Assembly: GCA_951406725.2 (NCBI GenBank) | Contig: OX597825.1 | Coordinates: 83,762,001-83,826,000 of the forward strand | DNA from: Octopus vulgaris | Lineage: Eukaryota | Reading direction: 5' to 3' | Length of the DNA stretch: 64,000 nucleotides | Shown: positions 55,000-64,000 of the stretch, piece after piece | How the letters are laid out: the number at the start of each line of letters is the position of its first letter | Numbering within the stretch: position 1 is the stretch's first letter | Translations under genes and position numbers: made by a program | Notes under the pieces: model-generated | The model's input: the letters and a program-made list of their open reading frames with translations, nothing else | What the model was told of the DNA's origin: nothing | Database searches by the model: none

Positions 55000-55610
55000 G
55001 GGGCACATCCTGAAAAAGTCGGAGGGAAGGGAAGGAAGGACTTTTCCGGGAAAGGTACGTGGAAGGGGGTTGTCCTGGAAAACTCCGAGAGGAGGAAAGA
55101 CTTTTCCAGGAAAGATCGAGGGGTACTTCATGGAAAAGGCCAAGGAAGGGGAGGACTCTGGAAAAGTCCAAGGAGGGGAAGAGGGAAGTACTTCCTGGAA
55201 AACTCTGAAGATGAGGTAGGAAAGGAAGGACATACTGGAAAAGGGGTACGCCCTGGAAAAATCCAAGGAGGAGGAAGGAGATGAAGATCTTTCTAGAAAA
55301 GTCCAAGGAGGAGGAGGAAAGATTTCCTGGAAATCTCCAAAGATGGATCCACTTCCTGAAAAAGTCTAAGGAGGGGGAGGAATACCTTCTTGCAAATGTC
55401 CGAGGAGAGGGAAGGGGACGAACGGAGGAAGGACTTCTTCGAAGAGTCCGAGGAAAGGAGCACATCCTGGAGACATCCGAAGGGGTGGAAGAGGAGGAAG
55501 TCCAAGGAGGGGAAAGAAGGACTTCTTGGCAATGTCCAAGGTAGGGGAGGGAGGACCTCCTGGAAAACACCAAGGAGGGCTGCACTTCCTAGAAAAGTCC
55601 AATGGGAGGG
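55000..55610. repeat. Degenerate purine-rich ~33-bp minisatellite (~18 units)
   Basis: Recurring cttcctggaaaagtccaaggagggg-like unit. Confidence 0.75.
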
Positions 55611-55876
55611 TAAGTGTCCGAAGACGGTGTAGGGAGGAATAAAACGTATATATTTCCGTTTTATTTATTATTTTGCACATTACTTAATCATTGTTATATG
55701 TTTTATCTTATATGTGATCTTTCTATAATATATTTTTCTAAATGGTATAATCTAAATTGGCAAAATGACCATTCCGAAATATAACAATACATGTATCTAA
55801 ATATATATATATAGGCTATGAGAGGTAATGGTATCACAGCCTTGGTTTTTTTATCTCATTACGGAAAAAATTATAT

Positions 55877-55938
<62 letters not shown>

Positions 55939-56090
55939 GAAGGCTTCCACACAGTTTTCCTCAGCCAAGTTCAGTCGGTCGCAAAACATTAGTCTGCAAG
56001 AAGCTATAGAAGACATTTGCCTTAAGCAATATTTGAAAGGTAATGTACGAGCGCACGTGCGTGTGTATGTGTTTGTCCTCCGTGTATGAA

Positions 56091-56122
<32 letters not shown>

Positions 56123-56309
56123 TGTGTGTGTGTGTCTGTATGTGTGTGTGTGTGCGTGTACTGGTGCATTCGTACCTTTGAGTTTCTTGCAAGGACGTAA
56201 AAAAAACTGGAAGTAAATAAAAGGGAAATAAAATCATTTCTAAGACGTTGAAAGGGAATTTTGTGGATGTCTGTACCTAATGAGTGTTTGTTAGTGTATG
56301 AGTATATGG

Positions 56310-56970
56310 ATGAGTGAGTGAGAGAGTGATTGAGTGAGAGAGTGAGTGAGTGAGTGAGTGAGTGAGTGAGTGAGTGAGAGAGTTAATAAATGAGTCAGTG
56401 AGTGAGTGAATGAATGAATGAGTGAATGAGTGAATGAGAGAGTGAGTAAATGAATGAATGAATGAATGAATGAGTGAATGAGTGAATGAGAGAGTGAGTA
56501 AATGAATGAATGAATGAATGAATGAGTGAATGAGTGAGTGAGTGAATGAATGAGTGAATGAATGAGTGAATTAATGAGTGAGTGAATGAATGAATGAATG
56601 AATGAGTGAATGAGTGAGTGAGTGAATGAATGAGTGAATGAATGAGTGAGTGAATGAATGAATGAATGAATGAGTGAATGAGTGAGTGAGTGAATGAATG
56701 AGTGAATGAATGAGTGAGTGAATGAATGAATGAGTGAATGAATGAGTGAGTGAATTAATGAGTGAGTGAATGAATGAATGAATGAGTGAATGAGTGAGTG
56801 AATGAGTGAGTGAGTGAGTGAATGAATGAATGAATGAATGAGTGAGTGAATGAATGAATGAATGAATGAGTGAATGAGTGAGTGAATGAGTGAGTAAGTG
56901 AGTGAGTGAGTGAATGAATGAATGAATGAATTAGTGAATGAATGAGTGAGTGGTAAGTCAGTCAGTCAGT
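56310..56970. repeat. (GAGT)/(GAAT)n tract
   Basis: Direct reading. Confidence 0.97.
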
Positions 56971-58503
56971 GCAGGAAGGAGGAAGACATTCTAAAATAAC
57001 GAGTAGGACAGAAATTATCAGAGAAAAAAAGAGACGGCCGATATGTTAATGTATACAAAGAGAGGTTTTGAAAAAATACTTTCTCTTACAGTCACAAGGA
57101 GGGACTTTTAGGCGGTCACAGCGATCTCCGTATTCAGTTATTTTATTGCCCTTGCTCTGGTGAAAGGAAAAGTCGAAGATGAAGGTAGACGCAATGCTGA
57201 TAAACATTTCGTCTTGTCCGGCATGTTTACGATGTTGCCAGCTCACTGTCCTGGTTTTGAATAAGAATAAAAGGAATTAAATAACCACGGTACGAAGAAA
57301 ACGAGGAGAACCTCGAGAAACAGGCGGACACCGTGCAGGGAGAGCACAGGGCTTGAGAGGCTGGAGATCATGTCAGATTGTACGAGATGCAACAAGAGGA
57401 AGATGAGCTAAATATAGTGGAAATCAGTTAGGCTATATGAAGAGACATTTAAGAAAATTGAGATGAGAAATGGAGAGATGCGGAGAGGTGTGTGGGAGGA
57501 GGGAGGGAGTGAAGGAAAGAACCAGGAAGTGAGAGAGTGAGTGTGTGTAGAGGTGAGTGTGTATGTCAGTGATTGAGTGAGTGGTTAGGTGACTGAGAAA
57601 GTGAATGACTGAGTGAGTGAGAGAGAGAGGGAGAAATTGTGTGAGAAAGAGAGTGAGTGAATGATTATTAGATTTAGTAAGAGAGGGATTATTAAATTTA
57701 GTAAGGGAGTGATTATAAGAGATAGTAAGGGAGTGAATGAATAAGTGAGTGAGTGAGTGAGAAATAAAATGGCAGCTAACAATGAAGAAAGAGAAAGAAT
57801 GTGAACAGAAAGAAGATGCGGAGAAGTACCTGGAGGGCAAAAATATAACTGAAGAACAAAGGATAAGAAGCAGAGAATAAATCAGATACAGAATGGTAAT
57901 AAGGTTTCTTAATGAGACTCGTGCAAAAATATCAAAGATTTAGAATCTAAGATAAAGAGTTGCTGCAAGATTAGAAAACGTAAGTAAAGAACGAAGCAAT
58001 GGACGGCGAAGAAATGGCAGAATTAGAGCTGCTGAGAGAACAGGAAATGAAGGCAAAGGGGAGATAATTGCTAGGAGATTATTATAATGCTGAGAACATG
58101 AGGTAAACACAGCCATGCTGGGTATAATACATAATTAATTTTATCATTTTCTGAATCAAATACCGAACGATAATCCTGTGGAAAACTTATTGAACTATAT
58201 CAATACTTACTTGCTGATAAATGCAGCTGTGATGATTTATTGAATAACTGCTGTCGTGAAGATTAGATCCTTCAATATCGCCGTTTTCTGGAATACTTGA
58301 AACGCATTATGAGTTACCTGTTTGTGTTTTCTTTTTTGTAACAAGATTAGATCTTACAACGCAGCACTTATGTCGACTTCAATGCACCAACCTTCCAGCC
58401 TTCCACCCCTAATATTAATGAACATGCACGAAATAATAGTAATTTACTTCCAGGAAAGGGGATTACAGCATCACTTTAATATGTTGCTTCGTATATAACA
58501 TAG

Positions 58504-58716
58504 TGGAGACGCGTGGCTTAGTGGTTAGGGTGTTGGCTCATGATCGTAAGATTGTGGTTTCGATTCCTGGACCGCGCGATTCGTTGTGTTCTTGAGCAAG
58601 ACACTTCATTTCATATTGCTCCCATCCAGACAGCTAGGGAAAAGGAGTAATCCAGCGACGGATCGGCGTCGCATCCAGGTGAGGAGTACATACGCCATGG
58701 AAACAGAGAAACTGAC
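58504..58716 (+). mobile_element. Related V-domain-like SINE
   Basis: tggcttagtggttag...gtttcgattcc...cttgagcaagacactt...cagcgacggatcggcgtcgcatccag. Confidence 0.75.
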
Positions 58717-58721
58717 CGTAT

Positions 58722-58967
58722 TCTTTTCTGTTCTTTTATTTGTTTCCGCCATTTGACTGCGGCCATGCTGGAACACAGTCTTTAGTCGAACAAATCGACC
58801 CTAGGACTTATTTTTTGAAAACCTAGTACTTATGCTATCGGTGACTTTTGCCGAACCGCTAAGTTACGGGGACGTAAGCACACCAGCATTTGTTGTCAAT
58901 GGAGGGGAGGTGCACACACAGACACCCAAACATACACAGACGCGCGCACACACACACACGCATATAT

Positions 58968-58998
<31 letters not shown>

Positions 58999-59005
58999 TA
59001 CATAT

Positions 59006-59068
<63 letters not shown>

Positions 59069-59233
59069 CACGACAGGCTTCTTTCAGTTTCCCTCTACCA
59101 AATCCATTCACAAGGCTTTGGTCGGTCCGAGGCTATAGTAGAAGACACTTGCCTAAGTTGCCACGCAGTGGGACTGAACCCGGAACCATGTGGTTGCTAA
59201 GCAAATTACTTACCACAAAGCCACTCCGGCGCC
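58722..59233 (-). mobile_element. Full-length CORE-like tRNA SINE with internal microsatellite
   Basis: Minus starts ggcgccggagtggctttgtggtaag; collinear with the 39452 copy. Confidence 0.88.
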
Positions 59234-59808
59234 TATATGAGTTTATATTATGTGTACTATCTATCTATCTATATATATATATATACCATATATTATGTAT
59301 ACCATATATACACCCGTCGCTATATCTTGATTTATGTTCACATTGATGACTAAAGAAGCGCTGAGGTCTCAGAAATGTTAGCAAGTCGGACAAAAGCTTA
59401 GCGACATTTCGTCTGGATCTTCTGTGTTTAAATCCCACTGAAGTAATTTCTGACTTCCATCCATTCGGGCATCGATAAAATAAAGTACCAGTCATGTACT
59501 GGGGTTGCTGTAATCGGCTTGTTCCCTTCCCCTCAAAAGTTGCTCATATTGAGCCCTACAATGGACTGGCGTCCCATTTAAGGGAGTTGTTGTGATCTCG
59601 GTCGCTTAGACGCAGTGGAAACCTCATCGTAGAACTGGAGAGAAGAAAACAGGTTACTTGGAGAAGAACAAATAAACGTAACACTGTGACAGCATTCGAA
59701 GAATCGAAGAATATTTTGAAGTGGCATCTTCTGAACAATCATGTTTATGACATCTCTAGACGTATCATAAAACTAGTTTCAGCATTGGCAAGTTATTAAT
59801 CCTGTTTA

Positions 59809-60010
59809 CGTGGTGGTGGTGGTGGTTTTGGTGGAGGTAGTGGTATTGGTGGCGACGGCGGTGGTGGCGTCAGTGGTGGTGGTGGTGGTGGAAGTGGTGG
59901 TGGTGGTGGAGGTGGAGGTGGTGGTGGAGGTGGTGATGGTGGCGGCAGTAATGGCGGTGGTGGTGGTGGTGGTGGTGGAGGTGTTGATGGTGGCAGCAGT
60001 GGTGGTTTTG
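59809..60010. repeat. Degenerate (GGT)n tract
   Basis: Direct reading. Confidence 0.93.
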
Positions 60011-60381
60011 ACCATGATGAAAGCTGTCCTTCAGATCAAGCCCGATCGATCAGACTAATGATCAAAAACGTTCCAGCCGGAAGCACAATGTCTTTTGGTA
60101 TACCATGTCTCCTTCCCTTTTCTAAAGCAGTAAGATGTTATTTGAGGGAGATTAGGCTAGTAATTCTAGGAGACCGATTGACCACGTAAAGGCTTCTACT
60201 TAGGACAGAACAGAATTCTCGGATCGAAATTTCGACACAAAACCGTCTCCTGTTAGTTCGATATGATATCTACTTGTTTTTCTGCTGATCCATTCAAAGT
60301 ACCTGCGTGTTTCGATTTTCTATTTTCTTTCATGAGATATATTTCTTTGTGAAATTTCTTTTCAGTAAACGAAACAGATAA

Positions 60382-60800
60382 AGGCGGTGAGCTTGCACAA
60401 TCGTTACGGCGCCGGGCAAAATGTCCAGTGGCATTTCGTCCGACTTACATTCTTAAGTTCAAATTTCGTCAAGGGCGACTTTGCCTTTCGTCCTTTCGAG
60501 GTCGATAAAATAAGTGACTTCTAATCGACTTATCTCCTCCCCTGATATTGCTGGCCACGTGCCAGAATTTGATACCAATGTATTGAACAGATAAAGGTGG
60601 CGAGCAGACAGAATCGTTAGCGCACCGGGCAAAAATGCTTAGCGGCATTTTCTCCGTCTCTACGTTCTGAGTTCAAATTCCGCTGAGGTCGTCTTTGTCA
60701 ATAATTTTAGGGTCAATAAAATAAGTACCAGCTGAAGAATGGGGTCGATGTAATCGATCAGCCCTCGAAACTGTTGGCCTAGTGTCAAAATTTGAAACCA
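60382..60800 (+). mobile_element. Two tandem Nin-like SINEs, each preceded by aacagataaa
   Basis: Heads at ~60383 and ~60596; aacagataaa at 60373 and 60586 is a probable TSD. Confidence 0.85.
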
Positions 60801-61391
60801 ATCTACTAAACGGATACAGAATACTGAGGCCATGAAATAATTTTTTTTTGTACAATTGCTGAAAAACAAACATCAATGAACAACACAATATGCATCAACA
60901 GATCGTTGAAGAACCTATATTTTTAGTGAATGAAAAGGAAATCTAATGCAACTGCCTTCTTTACCTACACAAGAGCAAGAATACATAAATGTCACAGCAG
61001 ACTATTTTTTCTAAATATTTAATGTTCCAACTTAATATTTTTCTCAAGACATTAAATGCCATAAGATATTTTTCTAAAAACTCATAAATGTCCACAATAT
61101 ACTGTTTTTCTAAAGATACCAATCTAAAAAATACCATTTTTTATTGATACATATAAATTTCCTGATATTCGAGGTTTCTAAAGGCGACAAGATATTTTAT
61201 CTTTCTTTTGGCATCATAATATAACATTATTTAAGACACGTTTTAATGTAAAGTCACAATATTGCATCGTTTTAAGGGCGTCATAGCATGTTAATTTTCA
61301 AATACAGTTTTCCATTATTGTTCATGGACGTCAGAGCTTGTTATTTCTTTAAAGACTTCATAATACTTCATTGTTTTAAGGAAGTCATTGT

Positions 61392-63151
61392 TTACAGACG
61401 TTAGAATATGATTACAGATGTTACAATATGATTACAGACATCACAATATGATTACAGATGTCACAATATGATTACAGACTTTACAATATGATTATAGATG
61501 TCACAATATGATTACAGATGTCACAATATGATTACAGCCGTTACAATATGATTACAGATGTCACAATATGATTACAGACATCACAATATGATTACAGATG
61601 TCACAATATGATTACATACCTTACAATATGATTACAGATGTCACAATATGATTACAGATGTCACAATATGATTACAGACCTTACAATATGATTACAGATG
61701 TCACAATATGATTACATATGTTACAATATGATTACAGACGTTACAATATGATTACAGACATCACAATATGATTACAGATGTCACAATATGATTACAGAAC
61801 TTATAATATGATTACAGATGTCACAATATGATTACAGATGTCACAATATGATTACAGATGTCACAATATGATTACAGCCGTTACAATATGATTACAGATG
61901 TCACAATATGATTACAGACGTTACAATATGATTACAGACGTAACAATATGATTCCAGACGTTACAATATGATTACAGATGTCACAATATGATTACAGACG
62001 TTAACCATATGATTACAGACGTTACAATATGATTACAGATGTCACAATATGATTACAGACGTTACGATATGATTACAGACGTTACAATATGATTACAGAC
62101 GTTACAATATGATTCCAGACGTTACAATATGATTACAGATGTCACAATATGATTACAGATGTCACAATATGATTACAGACGTTACGATATGATTACAGAC
62201 GTTACAATATGATTACAGACGTTACAATATGATTACAGACGTTACAATATGATTACAGACGTTACGATATGATTACAGACGTTACAATATTATTACAGAC
62301 GTTAAAATATGATTCCAGACGTTACAATATGATTAGGGATGTCACAATATGATTACAGACGTTACAATATGATTACAGACGTTACAATATGATTACAGAT
62401 GTCACAATATGATTACATACGTTACAATATGATTACAGACGTTACAATATGATTACAGACGTTACAATATGATTACAGATGTCGCAATATGATTACAGAC
62501 GTTACAATATGATTCCAGACGTTACAATATGATTACAGACGTTACAATATGATTCCAGACGTTACAATATGATTCCAGACGTTACAATATGAATACAGAT
62601 GTCACAATATGATTACAGCCGTTACAATATGATTACAGACGTTACAATATGATTACATACGTTACAATATGATTACAGATGTCACAATATGATTACAGAC
62701 GTTACAATATGATTACAGACGTTACAATATGATTACAGACGTTACGATATGATTACAGACGTTACAATATGAATACAGACGTTACGATATGATTACAGAT
62801 GTCACAATATGATTACAGATGTCACAATATGATTACAGACGTTACAATATGATTCCAGACGTTACAATATGATTCCAGACGTTACAATATGAATACAGAT
62901 GTCACAATATGATTACAGCCGTTACAATATGATTACAGACGTTACAATATGATTACAGACGTTACAATATGATTACAGATGTCACAATATGATTACAGAC
63001 GTTACAATATGATTACAGACGTTACAATATGATTACAGACGTTACGATATGATTACAGACGTTACAATATGAATACAGACGTTACGATATGATTACAGAT
63101 GTCACAATATGATTACAGATGTCACAATATGATTACAGACGTCATAATATG
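61392..63151. repeat. 20-bp tandem array, ~88 units, consensus GTYACAATATGATTACAGAY
   Basis: Uninterrupted 20-bp period with one 1-bp insertion near 62005; no spacers. Confidence 0.98.
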
Positions 63152-63925
63152 CCATTGATTTTCAGGAAGTCATAGTTAACACCCCTTTTTAGAGGTGTCC
63201 GTATACTCAAAATATGTGTGTGTGAGTGTGGTTGTTTTGTGTAAATAAAAAAGGAAAAGTGAGACTCTAATTGATGTAACGATCGTTTTAGAAAATGTAG
63301 AAGGACTGGACCCAGAACCACATAGTTTACAAAACGAGACGGCCACAATTAGTTTGCCATTCATCATCGTCCACCATGATTCTCTTATGAAATTTCAAGT
63401 GGGCTGAGAAAGATCTACAACCAAATATTTTTTTAGGAAACAGTGCGCTAACCAATTAATTATTGCCCACTTAAACTCTGGAATTTTGATTCTCAGAGAC
63501 CAAACATTCCAGTTATAAATTAGAATTTAGATCAGTTATGAAAAATCCAAAATTCTAGAATAAAGAACTGCAACGTTGAGTAGTAATAGAAATACAATAT
63601 TACATACACTTGAATATGTCTCGATATTTCTTCTTTTCTATAAATTTACAAGAATTTTTGTTGTGATTAATCACTAGACTGAGTTAATTAACGATTCGGT
63701 ACGCTGTATGCTATTTAAGTTAGCAAGTAAATATTATCTCTTTAGGCACAATGTCTTTTTGTCTACAACATCTGTCAAATTTTCGTGATTTGTAAAGTGC
63801 AATATTTAACCCGCCGGAATATTTTCTTTGTACGTTGATTTTTTTATCATTGAAACTCTGAAAATAATTCAACCGCTTTTAATTAATAACTAATCAGGAA
63901 GCTTGTGGCATATACACCATTCGTT

Positions 63926-63967
<42 letters not shown>

Positions 63968-64000
63968 CATGAATGCATGTACGTATGTATATGTGTATAT

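Noticed and set aside
54854-55585. 243-aa minus-strand ORF
   Set aside because: Open because the pyrimidine-rich repeat strand lacks stops; unit lengths do not keep frame; no recognisable domain.
59806-60058. Mucin-like Thr-rich or Val-rich ORFs
   Set aside because: (GGT)n microsatellite with no splice or coding context.
61392-63151. CRISPR-like regular array
   Set aside because: Pure tandem 20-mer, no unique spacers, no cas genes, eukaryotic context.

Overview
AT-rich, microsatellite-saturated metazoan non-coding DNA. The SINE families resemble those I recall from Octopus, so a coleoid cephalopod is an inference, not a database result. I find no supportable host protein-coding exon; almost all listed ORFs are microsatellite read-throughs. 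The window is a patchwork of tRNA-derived SINEs (Nin-, CORE- and V-domain-like), decayed LINE fragments (R4/Dong, RTE, CR1-group), non-autonomous Helitron-like elements, Penelope-like element (PLE) GIY-YIG remnants and a 1.76-kb 20-bp tandem array. The most notable unannotated signal is about 16 full, mutated or half minimal type-I hammerhead ribozyme (HHR) motifs: CUGANGA, stem II, GAAA, a palindromic stem III, then UH. They mostly sit in short islands between microsatellites, three times as inverted pairs, and twice beside PLE endonuclease remnants. All motifs were read by eye and coordinates may be off by a few bases.
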